Positions 26,801 through 39,366 of a DNA stretch of 64,000 nt are shown here, piece after piece. A model generated the notes under the pieces. That model was not told where the DNA came from and did not search any database. It saw only the letters and a list, made by a program, of their open reading frames with translations. Position numbers and translations under genes: made by a program. Source of the DNA: Selaginella moellendorffii (taxonomy: Eukaryota; Plantae; Lycopodiophyta); NCBI RefSeq assembly GCF_000143415.4, contig NW_003314263.1:2114403-2178402 (forward strand), in the 5' to 3' direction. Numbering within the stretch: the stretch's first letter is position 1; every line of letters begins with the position of its first letter.

Positions 26801-28189
26801 GGGTCAAGATAAGATCACTAGGTGATATTATGGCTAAACAAGGACAAGGTCTTTGTTTGGATTAAGGAATATGATTCCCAGTTCAAAGTGTTGATTTGAA
26901 CTATTGATAAAGGTGTGGCTTGGTCAAGGTGACTAAGTGGGAAGGACACCTAAGAGAAATGAACTACTACAATATAATGATATTATGAGTTCAAGAAATT
27001 TGTCTCCAGAGACAGGCCCATGGGTGGGTCACAAGGTTGGGCTAGGAAGAGAGCCTAGAACAGTGGGGAGACTTACTAGGGGTGAACACCCTAGTCTGGG
27101 CAAAGTAGGTCCTTTGCTATGGAACCAAAAGAATACCTCAAGGAGGGAGGTAATGATCCTATGTTGCTTGGTGCAACAATCCAAGGATAGGAGCAAAAGA
27201 CGAGTGCCCAAGATAGGGCCGTGGAATCAATTGGAAAGAATCCAAGTGGCAAAGTTAGCCAAGGAACACTAATGTGTTTGATGCTAATGGATTGCGGAAA
27301 AAGAAGTGAACTTCCAAGGATAGATTCCCAAGTGCTCCAATTTGGCAAAAGAAAAGCTCCAAGTGAGGGAGCAACTAAGTAGCCAAAAGATAGGGCCGTG
27401 GACAGCCCTAGCACAAATAATGATAAATGGAACATAATGCCAATGGTGGCACAAAAATAGAAAAGTTGATGAGGGTGCCCTCGAGTAGAGAACTTCCTAG
27501 GAGGGGAAGTGGAGTTGCATAAAATGTGCAAGGCAAGGTGTCGGAGACACCTAGGAAATTGACTTCAAGAAGTCAAAAGTAAACGTTCTAAAGTGCAAAG
27601 GTAAATCAATGGGATCTGTGACTACTCAAGAATGAGTAGTGGAATTGAGTTAGAGAGGGTGTCTCTAATGGGTTTAGCAAGAACTGAACCAATAAAAAGG
27701 AGCAAACCACCTCAGGTGGTCAAGTGAGTCTCTAAGTTGGAGAGACTATCCTCCTTAGAGGATGGGCAAAGCATGGTGAGCCTTTAGTGTCGAACCATTG
27801 ACGAATATGGAGAAGGCATGGTGAGCCTTCAATGTCAAACCATTGACAAATATTGGCTAGGGGCCAAGGATGGAAATGGTAACACATGCGGGTGTTACTT
27901 TATAAAATGGTTTACCGTTCGATGAGGACATCGAACTTCATCTATGGGTGGTGGAATTGTGAGACACAAACTCCCTAGGCCCCAAAGTGGAGCCGGAAAG
28001 GGTGCCACGTTGTAGTGGCCGAAGCAAAAGCCCAAATGAGTGTAACACGTTTGGATTAAAAGCTCTGACTTGGAAGGTCGAGAGCAGGAGTGGAACTCCC
28101 AACAAAGTGCTCAAGGAGCGAGCACGAGGCGAGCAATAAGCAAGGCTCCAGAAAGGGACCCAAAAAGGACCAACACATGACACATGGAA

Positions 28190-28655
28190 GTGTCCGAGAT
28201 GGAGTCCGAGGCGGACCCTAGTTGGAGTCCGAGATGGACCCAAAGTGGAGTCCGAAGTGGAGCCGAGATGGAGTCCGATATGGAGTCCGAGATGGACCCG
28301 AAGTGGAGTCCGAGATGGAGTCCGATATAGAGTCCGATATGGAGTCCGAGATGGACCGAGACGGAGACCGAGATGGAGTCCGAGAAGGACCCGAGATGGA
28401 GTCCGAGGTCGAGACCGAGACCGAGACCAAGACCGAGACCGGGACCGAGACCGGGACCGGGACCGGGACCGGGACCGAGACCGAGACCGGGACCGGGACC
28501 GAGACCGAGACTGAGGCCAAGGCTGAGACCGAGCCTGAGCTCGAGTCCGAGTCCGAGTCCGAGTCCGAGTCCAAGTCTGAGTCCAAGTCCGAGTCCGAGT
28601 CCAAGTCTGAGTCCGAGTCCGAGTCCGAGTCCGAGTCCAAGTTTGAGTCTGAGAG
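28190..28655 (+). repeat. Tandem array inside 3' LTR
   Basis: Same unit progression as 22420-22868, net 18 bp longer. Confidence 0.92.
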
Positions 28656-29679
28656 GGTGAAAGCCCAAAGCGTTCGTCTCCCAGACCCTGGGGGGTTTGG
28701 TGAGCTCCAAAAGTATAGTAAGGGGGAGGACTGCAATGGAGCCAGTTTGGCCAGGAAAGGCCAGTTTGGCCCAGGAAGGCCAGACCCAGTGTTGGGTGAT
28801 GAACTGACCACTAGGAAGTCCAAAACTAGAGTGAATACGGACCGACAAGCGGGGTAGCTTGGTGAAATGTTCAAGAGCCGGCTCTAGTTCCCCCGGGAGA
28901 TCGACTGGCCGATGCTCCTAGTCCAAGTGTGGGTGGCACTACCTACTTGGATACCCGGCGTGGCTCAACGGAACCTCGCTTTAAGCCCATGGCTAGAGCA
29001 CCTAAAGGCGAAAGGTGGGGAGAGTACCCAGGTGGCTCGCGTAAGGCCACGGTGTTCCGAAATGTTGTCCCAAAGGCCCAGACTGTGGAAAGGAAGAGGA
29101 GCAGTCCTCTGGGGTAGTGACCAAGGACACAATCGTGTGGTGAGGAAGTCCCAGAAGACCGTGGGACTTAGTGGTCGGGCTTGTGGGCCTCGATCCAGTG
29201 GTAGTGTTGGTGAACACGGCCATGGGCAGAAAGGGACTTGGTGGGGACTAGAAAAGGGGATATTGGGGAAGGCTATTCCTCACGTCTATGGGCATCCTAA
29301 GGATGCTAAGGAGTGGATCTGGAATGATCACTCATGAACAGATGGTCCAGTCCTTGAGAGACGGGACTGTGATGTAGGTGGTGTTAGACCACCGGTATGA
29401 CCAAGGTAAAGGGGCATGGCCTTAGCGTAACGGGCTAGTATGTCAGTGGTACCTTGGGGTGTTGGTCTTGGGACCGGACACGTGGAGCACTTGGACTAAG
29501 TGCAAGGGATGAGTGGCGTGGATGCCATTCTCGGGGCTAGCAAGCCCCAAGTCCTGAATTGGACTTAAGGAGGTGGTGAGTGAAACCCCTCCAAGTGGTC
29601 GAAAGCATGGTTAAGTGACTAAAGTAAAATGGAAAAATTAGTCGCTTACACTCCTCCCTTCTCAAGAGCACCCTTCTAG

Positions 29680-32600
29680 CATCACGTAAGAGTCATTCTT
29701 TGACAAGGTAATGCAAGGCACAGCTTCTTCTGGATTGTTCTCGGTCGTATCATTGGTCATGAGAATCCCACTTGATGGCTGGGCTAGTTGTGGTGGAAAA
29801 CTAGCAGTTTCCTGTAAGAACAAAATGAGTGTCAGGATCGGTAAGGTCTAGATTCAGATCATCACACATACTCTTCCAAGTGGATTGTGAGACCATTTCC
29901 AAACCTTGTGAACTGCACTAGAAGCGAGCGCTAATAAGCCCAGATCATTGTTTGTGAAGGTAAGTCTTGATATCTGTTGCAGAAAGTGTAAAGACTCAAG
30001 CTTATGAATAGTCAAGTACCTTGCTTGCTGGTAGAGTATCTGGCAGCTTTAATGCACGACAATGAGAGGGTTCCACAATTTCAGTTAGCTTCCACAGTTT
30101 GTTTGAGTCGTCTGTAGTTCGGGGTTTTGTCTCCGGGCGTCCATTTTCAATGCCGTTCTGCAGTTATATTTGTCATAAGGCATTTCAAAAGAAATTTCCG
30201 TCCATACCCCTCCAGTAAAGGGTACCGGTTGTGAAACTGGTCTGTCAATGGCCACAACCCCGCTGCCTGATGCACTTGCACCGTTCCCCTGAAGAAACAT
30301 GCAAATTTACAAATTCCTTCATGGATAGACCGTCATACCTTTGTTTCCGGAGGTACTTTGTTACCCTCAAAAGACCGTACAAGCCGCAAGCCATCTGCAT
30401 TAGCCAAAATCTTGAAACCATTGTCGATTGTTGTTACTGCGAGTAAAGAGCCTTCTTTGTTGAAACGAATTCGCGGGCAAGCCTACAGAGAACGTTATAG
30501 CAACGAATCTTCATCGAAACGAAAAAGTGCTTACAGGCAATCCGCCGTCGGCATCGATGGAGGTCAATAAGTTTATGTTGTCCATGTCCCAGAACTTGAC
30601 CGAGAACTCGTCCCCAACCGCTAGAAAGCAGTTCCTAGTGTCGAACTGGACAACGTTTGGCATTCTCTTACGGAATCCAATGTACGTGCGTTTGATAGCC
30701 CCTTTACTTTCATTCCACTCGACAAGGAATGAGTCACCCTCCTTGCTAGTTCCGCACGAAAAGAGCCTACAAAACACATAGCCTCGTTTAGCGCGTGTCT
30801 TACGATAGAAACGAGACAAACGAGACAAACCTTGTGCCATTGTAGGCCATTGTTGTGCACCAACTTCCAGGCGCATCCAAGTCACCCGGTGAACCAAAGC
30901 AATCGTACAGCCACGCCATGATTTTGCCGTCCATTGCTGCAGAAAATATGAACTGCCAAGAACAACAGTGTTGAAATCAGAGTACACGCTCAACTCACAA
31001 TCTTACCTGTATACTTTCCTTGTGATGCGGACAAACAGAGTACACTGGCGCTTCGTGACCCTCAAAAGTGTATTTGTTGCGACCACTCACCGCATCCCAC
31101 ACCTGGTTTTTTCATCGCCCTTTCAGTCCATACTTTTCTCAAAGATTATGCAGACCTTGATCGTTTTGTCATCGCCACAAGAAATTATGCACAGTTGCTT
31201 GCTTGGATGGGCAAATGCAAGATCGTTCACACTCCCCACATGCGCATCAATCCGTTGGAAGAGAAACATTCAAGTGTTTTCGTCTTCTCAAGGTATAAAC
31301 AATGCGTACATACCTCCACTTGCTGCCGTAGCTCGACGCCTCCAAAATACTGATAAACTTGAACAATGTGCTTATTGAAAGCCACCCCTGCACGCATGCA
31401 AAACGAGTTAGCTCAACAGCATATGACAATCGCGCGCACCTATAAAATTTCCATCTGGACTCCAAACAACTCGTAACAGCAACTGCTGGGTCTTCAACGA
31501 GAGCAGTCTGTAAAGCACGTTAGAACGCTAGAATTAGACATAAAAAGGACATGAGCAGACCTGGAGAGGCATAGAACACACTGAAACCTCCCAGACTTTG
31601 AACGTTTTCAGCGCGAGGCGTTCCCGCGTGGCCACATCCCAAATAGCAATTTCACCCACATTTGTACCAACTGCCAGAAAAAAGAAAGATCAGAGCGTTT
31701 CTACCACGGCGGGCACTGTACCTAAAAGAATGACTTGCTGCAAAGGGTGGAAGTCCATTGTCGCAACACAGGAACCCTGGTTGATGGTCCTCGCAACAGT
31801 CTTTGGAATATCATCTATCGTGTATGACGCTTGCTGAATGTTTGGTCCCGGAAAGTTCACCTGCATTTGCAAGTCACTTACAAAGTCCAAACTATCGCTT
31901 TCATCTCGACCTCTTCCACAACAGGTCGGTTTCGCTTCATTAGGTGCTCGGAATCAGCCGTCTGGAAATCAACCGTAGGGGCTGGCGGAGGCGTCCTGGG
32001 TCGCTCTAGCATTGCAGCTGAAAGAAACTCGGCTGAAAACTTGAAAGCGGCAATAGAACAAAAACCAGACCTGGGTTCGGAGCTCCGGCGAGAGCAGCAG
32101 GCCCTCCAACAACGCCTGGATGTGACGGAGGATTTGGATTGGCCATCCCGCCTGCAAGTGCACTAGCTGTAGGGGCCGCTGGTTGAAAAGGCTGTACACG
32201 TTTCAAAACCAAAGCTGTTAGACAGTAAAAGTAAAGCCTGAAAGTTGCACGTACGATGTGCGCACCCAAGGGGGGGAACCCGCCACCTTTCGGAAGACTC
32301 CCGACCAAGGTACTGTTTGCTGGTGGTGGCGCGCGGGCTCCATTCGGCGCGCTACAGGTATGATCTACAAACAGAGTTTTGATATCTGGGTTGGGCCTAG
32401 GATTCTTGCAAAGCTGATGTTGCCAATTGAGGCTGGGAAAAAAGAAAAAAAGAAATGTATTTCTTCTATCAGCACAGAAGTAGCTGGAAAAGCAGGGACG
32501 CACCTTTGATTAATCAGCGTTCGGAGCCGTGACGCTTTGAGCCCCGGAAATGCAAGCTTCTCCCAGAACAAAGGATTGGCCTCAATCAGTTTCTTAAGCT

Positions 32601-32883
32601 CCAATAGCATTATGGTCCGGGCAGATTTCGTGTCCGCATACTTGGACAGCTGTTCGTTTTCTCTGCAACCAAGTCCATAGGGTGTCAGGACAGCCTACAA
32701 AAGGGCCTTGTTACACTTCAAACCTGAAGTTTCCCAGCGTAAGAAGCTGTGTAAGCTCCTTGTACAGATCTTCGTTGAAGGACGCAAACACTTTGAGGTC
32801 CTTGACTAGTATCTCCACTGCCCTCGCTCTATCTTGCCTGCAAACAACACAGATCGGCTCGCCACAAGAGATAAGAGAAAAGC

Positions 32884-32916
<33 letters not shown>

Positions 32917-33248
32917 ACTAGTCACTCACCTGTCCAAGGCCTCGAGGTACTTTTGCTTTCTTATCTCCAAGAAAATCTTCATGGAGTAGCGATTGTCATC
33001 CACCTTGGTGAAGCCAGACAAGTACCTCTCCACCTCGTCCCACTCCCCATTCTGGACCTGATCTTCAAGGTACTTCATGTTGAAGAAGAAGCCAGATTCT
33101 TGCTCCAGCCTGCCAAAATCACACAACACTTACATCCACCAACAAGAATAAACCACAAATCTCCTCACTTGTGCACCGTCTCCTTGAATTTCTCCTCATC
33201 CAGGAACTGCAAGATGAGGAACACGAGCTCCCGGCTGAGTGACGACAT
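29680..33248 (-). pseudogene. TPL: TOPLESS/TPR co-repressor copy, 3'-truncated and probably degenerating
   Basis: Starts MSSLSRELVFLILQFLDEEKF (LisH), followed by CTLH/CRA exons and WD40 exons. Homology ends after LSKNDSYVM. A splice acceptor near 31252 reads GG instead of AG, and there are small deletions. Confidence 0.82.
32891..32915. repeat. (GA)n microsatellite in TPL intron
   Basis: Run of about 12 GA units. Confidence 0.9.
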
Positions 33249-33349
33249 ATCTCCTTGCCCTTGCCGCCGCGCTGTGCCCCCACAATCAAGTGATCACCCT
33301 TTTAACCAGTTGGCTTAGGGTGTAAGGGATCTCTCTCTTCGTTGATTCC

Positions 33350-33830
33350 ATATCAGTCTTCCAGCACATACGCACGTTATTGGGAATGCATACCGCAACA
33401 AGACCGACTTTCCTCTAGACAGACCAAAGTAGTCGTGCTCTCAAAAGTCCGTTCCCTCAATGTATACGGTCTGAAAAAGATGATTTCTTCCTTCTTCTGT
33501 GCAAATCATGTTTTTAACAAACCTTGTACGTGGGGGAGTTTGCGTCCGGGAAGCGCTTCGCCTCCACAACCTGGTCTTGTTCGTGCCCTTCAAAATTGAT
33601 AATCGTCACCTGCGTGCATGGGGAGTCATAAGAAAGAACAGAAATAGTGAAGCGATGAACCTTGAGCGGCTGGAAGACCACCATCGTCCTCGTGAAGATC
33701 CCGTCTGGGCTTTGCATTGACAATCTCATACGCACGGCAGAAGTTGTTGATTGCGTTCAGGGGAACGCCCCTTCGACGCAGCCCAGGAAGCAAAGGATCA
33801 TCCCACCCATTTCTCAAGCTTTGGCCAATC
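33350..33830 (-). pseudogene. Glutaminyl-tRNA synthetase internal fragment
   Basis: GWDDPL-LPGLRRRGV..AINNF, RTMVVFQPLKV and TVYIEGTDF*EHDYFGLSRGKSVLLRYAFPI, with deletions and an in-frame stop. Introns are retained. Confidence 0.8.
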
Positions 33831-34061
33831 AATGCCAATCACAACCATAAAGTACTAGCCTCTGCAAGCCCGTTTTTAGTTCATCACTACACTGCTTCAC
33901 CCATGCTTTATAATGCTTACGATAGTTAATTACCACGTAAGTAGAGTACAATCTAATCTCTTTCTCACCACCAAGGCACTTCAAAAAAAATTCGGCACCA
34001 ACAGCAAACCTAAAAACCTAGCCTTATTGGTCTTTGAAAGTTTTTACAAGAGGAAGTAAAG

Positions 34062-34380
34062 TCACAGTGCATCGCCATCATCAGAAGGAGAGTGGAGGAA
34101 CTCCTCTATCTCGGCGGCGGGCATGCCCGATCTCTTCAACCATTCTATTCCCTGCGCCCAAGAACAATCAATACAAGAGAGAAAAGAAGAGATATCGACT
34201 AGTTATACTCACTTGGCTGAGATTGGCGTGGCATCCATAGCCCGTGCAAAACATTTTGCCAATCAATTGTTGCATCTGGCGATCGCCAGCCATGGCAAGT
34301 TCCAGCGCCTCTAGAAACCATTGCCTGGTGAGCTGCGCCACAATCTCGCGCAACGGACCCTTCTCCAGCGTCTCCACCAT
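34062..34380 (-). CDS. Small Sel1-like repeat protein (2 exons)
   Basis: PLREIVAQLTRQWFLEALELAMAGDRQMQQLIGKMFCTGYGC...GIEWLKRS resembles the small plant Sel1-repeat family. GT-AG intron at about 34152-34212. Confidence 0.72.
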
Positions 34381-34419
34381 CCGCCCTATAATCCCAAAAT
34401 CTCTGGCATCGCTGCTCTG

Positions 34420-34850
34420 TTACCCTAAATTGCGCCTCCTGCTATGGATGAATCGTCCGGCGACAAGGAAGATCCCCCCTCTCGGGAGAAAACAATGTCG
34501 TCCATCTTATTCGCGACCTTATTTCTTGCAAGTTTTTAATTCAACCCTACGTATCAAAGATAAGCTGTGATCAAAAGCTTTCAGCCCTGACATGTTATAT
34601 TTTACTATTAGTACTTCAGGCTTTGGAGAACCTCGCACCATTGTTTGTATATCATTAAAACTGAGATTCCACAAGCTTATTCTCGCAAGACTTGGAAATT
34701 AAGGGAGCACTGGAAAGAAAAAAACAATTGATTTTCAGATTCCATGCAGGAGCCCATCAGTGTCATGCTTGAGAGGTTTGGAAAAAACCAACGATCGCAA
34801 TTGACTATTAGATTCTGTGTGTTTACTCGCCAAAGCACCATTTAACATTG
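34420..34850 (-). pseudogene. Collapsed paralog of 1797-3392 (LACS upstream region + F-box/LRR remnant)
   Basis: Shared blocks in the same order: TTACCCTAAATTG, GCTATGGATGAATCG.CCGGCGACAAGGAAG, TAGTACTTCA..CTCGCACCA.TGTTTGTATATCAT, GTGTCATGCTTGAGA, TGTGTTTACTCGCCAAAGCACCATTTA. Confidence 0.8.
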
Positions 34851-35036
34851 TTTTTCGACCTTTCCCACGTCAGCGTGAAAAGAAAGCCCAAGGAACTTCC
34901 ATGGATCTGGAAACTATGTGAGAAGAAAATCCTAGATCAGCTTTCTTGCAAGACTGAATCGCTCCTGAGCAAAAACAAGTTAAGTTCCAGCTCTACGACG
35001 TAGCTGTACTTACCATTCACAAGGTGGTCGAGCGAA

Positions 35037-36812
35037 CTAAGACGATTTGCATTGGTAGCACTGTGGAAAGAGGCCAAAGCTATTGATGTTATGCCGGAGC
35101 GCAACGAGGCTGGCCCATCCTCCAAAACCCACTCCCACGATCAAAACCCACAGTACTACTGCCAGATTCACGCAGTACATGCCAATCCAATTCCATGGCA
35201 TCCAAGAGGGTGGCTGTTCCACGGAAATCTATAACAAATGCGATATGTTAGTGAAGAAAGAAAAGTCTAATAAGAAGTTACTTGCCATTCTATACGATGA
35301 GCTCTTGAAGAGCACCATATGAGCCGTACATGGCAAAACGTAGACACTGAAGCTCGCAAACACCGCTCCCACAACCGAATCGATGAGGCCGATAAAAGGA
35401 ACCATAATGGCCACGAACCACATAACCAGAACTACAGGAATTCTGGAAATCGATTTCAAGTAATAGTTGCTAGATCCATGAATGCCCAGCAGCCTCTCCC
35501 ATTTCATGAAAACTGGAAGCGACAGGAAACCGAACTGCATGAACTGGATGAATGGGAACAAGTGTTAAAAGAAAAGCACTGTTTTATATGTTCTTTTACC
35601 TGGATCAAGTTACCTGGTGGACGAGCATGAGCACGATTGCCGTGACTCGAAACATAGAGTCCGGTAGAACCACGATAGAGTACGCGTGGTGCGCCATGGA
35701 GTCTCCAAATGCCCAGTACACAGCGATGGCGGACGGCAAAGTAAGCGTGAGTATGTAGGCTGAGCAGTAGAAGTAGACCGTCTTGAATTTCTCTGGCTTC
35801 TTCATCGCATCAACTATTTCACTGCGATTTGTTTCTTCCAGTGAGATTTCAAGATGAAATAAGAAAAGGCGAGCTTACGCTTACATGGTTACCGCGTGAC
35901 CTCCAAAAGTATAGAGCAGGTTGGTCGCACCAACGAAGTATCCTGCCGTGTTGTTTGGAGCAGAATGCGTAGCATTGGAATTCTGTAGTCAAAGATTTTA
36001 GTTTAGAAAGAAAAACGATCGAGACGTTGATGACCTTTCCGTGGTAAATGGTAGCGATGGTTATATACCATGCCGTATAAGATGTTGCCACGATTCCTAT
36101 GCACGACCAGATCCGGTAGTGCTGTGCTCTTGGGATAAAAACGATCAAAATGAAGCAAAACACAAGCAGGATTGTCCATGTTCTCTTGTCCACATAACTG
36201 TTTAGTAAGTACGATAAGCTGATATGCAAGAACTTGTGAAGACATTGTAGTATCGAATTTTGTCAAACTCATACCTTGAACAGCCGACCAAGAAGATAAC
36301 GCACGTAAGAATCTGATAACCGAGGTTCACTACCAATCCGGCGAGCTTCCAATTTGAACCAAGTAACCCATCGAGCACTTCATACCACTGATCCAGAAGC
36401 ACATATTGTCAACTCATACGAAAAGCTTTCATAAATCTCAAACCAGGATGCTCTGGGCTTCATAATCGACGAAAGTATTGGCCCTCATTGCTCTCTTTTC
36501 TCTGTAAATCACGTACAGGCTCGATGTCATGTAGCACGACCAGCATCCCATTGCGGCGTAGAGAATTTGGTACGCAATGCCAGAGACGAAGCCCAATTGA
36601 GCAAAAGAGTATGGCAGCGTGAGGAGAACTTGCGAGACCTGGAAAGAAAGAAAGAAAGAAAGAAAGAAAGCGTCAAGCAAATGGAATTTTAAATTCAAAT
36701 GACATCAACGAACCTGGAATGACGACGAATTTAGCCAAGCATCGAACACAGAGGTTCCTTCCAGAAATAAGACGTAGAACCAGGACTGTTTACTAGATTG
36801 AGTTGAAGCCAT
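35037..36812 (-). CDS. AUX1/LAX-like auxin influx carrier family permease, divergent
   Basis: Motifs SVFDAW, QVLLTLPYSFAQLG, QWYEVLDGLLG, DKRTWT, YTFGGHAVT, LTLTLPSAIAVYWAFGD and C-terminal FGLFPQCYQC. Alternative start at 36938. Confidence 0.88.
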
Positions 36813-37041
36813 ACCGAAGCACCTAGGACGAACAAGGTGAAATAGGACTCCAGATCCAAGGATACGTGGAACAGTAGTTGTGGTGATAGAGATTGTTGTT
36901 GACTTGAACACGGGATGGAACAAAGATGATCTCGACATTTATTGCTTGTCAGAAAGCGCCACAAGAGGGTGCCCGACTTTTCCTTGTCCGTACCAAAAAG
37001 TCGGCAAATACTGAACAAAATAGTAATAGTGAGAGCAAAGA

Positions 37042-39316
37042 CTAAAAGGCCACCTGATTTGCATTTGTGCTTGTAAAACGATTTGCAACATTAGAATCTG
37101 TTAACGTATTCCACACCTGCAAGAATCGCAAGTTATAGCTGCTTGTAGAGAAAAGATGATCCAGTATTACATGTAGCTCGCCGGTAGTACCACCAATAGC
37201 CATTAAAAAGGGAGAGTCCTTACAGAACGACGCTGAGAAGATACCGCCCTGTGAAATCAGTCCAAACACTTTAGTAACTTGTTGAGCTCGGAAGGGACCA
37301 TTACCACTTCGGGACTGGTTCTTGCAACGAGTGTGGGCGTATCGTTTGTCACATCCCACAATTTCACCTGCGTACTCGTCATCAGTTCCATAGTACACTA
37401 GCAAGACAAAGTGTAAGTCACAGACCGTTTTATCCAAAGACGCTGTTGCCAGTAGCTGCAAAACAACATTTGCATAAATCCCATCTGAAAAGCGTCTACA
37501 AGCTTACATTCTGAGCAGCCGAGTTGTAGGAAACTGCGCAAGTAGCTTTCTGATGTGCATGGAGTGTAAAGATGCTTGCGTTTGGACCTTCCTTGGTTGC
37601 AGTTCTTACGTCGAACCCGTACACATATCCCTCTTCTGTTCCCACCTACATAAAAAACATTGTACAAAAGAGTCAACAACCATGCAAGTGCCTAAAACCA
37701 TTACGTACAGAAAACGAATGTGAAACGTGGGGATTCCAGGCAACGCACTCGACATCGTTAGAGACAGTCCACCGAAGTCCCGCCTCTGCCGGAGTTCTCA
37801 TATCCGTCTAAATTAGAGTTAGTGACAGGCCACTGCGATTGAACAGGGAAAAAAGAGCATACCAAAACCACCGAGCAGTCATAAGATCCACTAAGCAAAG
37901 CCGTCGGTTCCTTTGGATTCCATGCAATAGATTGTACCTACGTACAAGACAGTTAGTCATTCTGATTTCCGTAACAAAACTTGTCCAAACCTCAGCAGCA
38001 TGAGATTTAAGAGTGTGCTCGCACTTTTGTGCGACTACATCCCAAACTCTCACGGCCTTGTCAGCGCTTCCGCTTGCCAGTACGTTTCTGGAAAGCGCAG
38101 CAGTTCAATTTCTACAATCCGAGAAAAAATCTAAAGAAAACACACCTGTACTCATAGTTCCATGCCAGACCCAACACTGCAGTTTTTTGTTTCCTCTGGT
38201 AATTTTAGCACGCTAACATCCGAACAAGTTTTAGTTTGAGCACCATACCTTGGACTTTGTTTTCTTTTTCTTGCTTGGGTCGGGATTCAGTACACCCACT
38301 GGCTTAACTTCAGTTGCCTGTGCATGAGCAAATGAGGAACGGTAAAAGCCATGCTTGTTCCTTACCAGGTCGAGGTCCCATATCTCAATTTCTGGCTCTG
38401 AAGTACCAACAGCGAGAAAGTTTCCTGCAAAACTGGAACGTTAGTTGTCCCTCCGTATTTGTGCTCACCCTTGTCGCCGCCGTTTACGTTGCAATCCAGC
38501 CATGCGAGAGAAAAGGGTATAGACGAAAGAAGTACCTCGTGGTGTACGTACTTATTATCGTCATTTTCCTCATAGATGTACACCTGACAACACGAATTTC
38601 TCTAGCTTTAGAAGAATAGCGCGAAGCCAAAGGAAAAAAAAAAAAAAGTACCTCGAGTATTCCAACTTCATCTTCGGTTTTGGCAGTCACAATCAGAAGA
38701 TCGGTAGGCTTGATTGTTTTATCCTCTATCTCCTCCTCATCTTCATCCTGAGAGCCATGCTTTAGTTCCCCAGAGAAAAGAAAAAAATGGAGGAAAATAT
38801 CATGAGAAGGCAATGACTTACATCATCGTCCACAAGGTAAGGATCCTTCTCTCCGTGTTGATAGTAAGCCGCACTGACACCACCATTCCCAAAAACTCGA
38901 ATATCTGCGCAAGATTGTGTTCGAAGAAGAAAAGAAAAAAGTACAAAGAAAAAGCCAACCTTCGTTTTCGTCATCGTACGCATCCATGTTAAGCTCCGCA
39001 AGGCCGTCACTCACAGCACTTGCCGCTCCACTACTCTTGAGCGCCCTCGCGGCTGCCAATGCGGTCGAAATATCGTCTCCCTCGACACGCATTCCATCCT
39101 CGTCCTCGCTCTCCTCGTTCTCGGCGCTGGGGCAGCAAATTTCCCAGAAAATCTTTCCCCATTCGCAATGCACTCTCTTCATCCATACCTTTGCTCCGCC
39201 GGATCTTCCTCGAGGCCCTGCTGCAGCGCCTCATCGAGCTCCTCGCGAGATCTTGGCGTCTCGTCGGGCAGCGCCTTCGCCACGCCCTTCGGCACCCAGC
39301 ACACTGCCGCGATCAT
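37042..39316 (-). CDS. PWP1: Periodic tryptophan protein 1 (WD40, ribosome biogenesis)
   Basis: MIAAVCWVPKGVAK start, LAELNMDAYDDE, KDPYL, IKPTDLLIVTAKTEDEV, YVHHEVLL, WD40 exons. Confidence 0.88.
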
Positions 39317-39332
39317 CGAATGGGTTGAGGAA

Positions 39333-39366
39333 TTAGGGTTCCCGGCTTTAAGGGTTTAGGGTTTTC
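39333..39366 (-). promoter_or_regulatory. Telo-box (AAACCCTA) cluster upstream of PWP1
   Basis: TTAGGGTT...AAGGGTTTAGGGTTTT just 5' of the ATG, typical of plant ribosome-biogenesis genes. Confidence 0.6.

Larger units (their letters stand above)
22190..29650 (+). mobile_element. Full-length, young, apparently non-coding LTR retroelement (LARD-like), 7461 bp
   Basis: LTRs at 22190-23864 and 27958-29650 (TG...CA, highly similar), perfect TSD CTCCT (22185-22189, 29651-29655), PBS at 23868, purine-rich tract before the 3' LTR. No gag/pol ORF in the 4.1-kb interior. Confidence 0.95.

Noticed and set aside
24862-27531. Antisense Copia RNaseH-like (SHEPTNIASRYH) and chromodomain-like (GYLV..STWE..FP) peptides in the LARD interior
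   Set aside because: Weak, opposite to PBS/PPT orientation, from different superfamilies, with no RT or IN core motif. Needs an HMM search to revive.
29651-29680. LTR element as the direct cause of TPL truncation
   Set aside because: TPL homology ends ~25 bp before the TSD, and the far flank (before 22185) is not TPL.
39333-39366. Interstitial telomere array
   Set aside because: Only 2-3 units at a gene start; better explained as telo-boxes.
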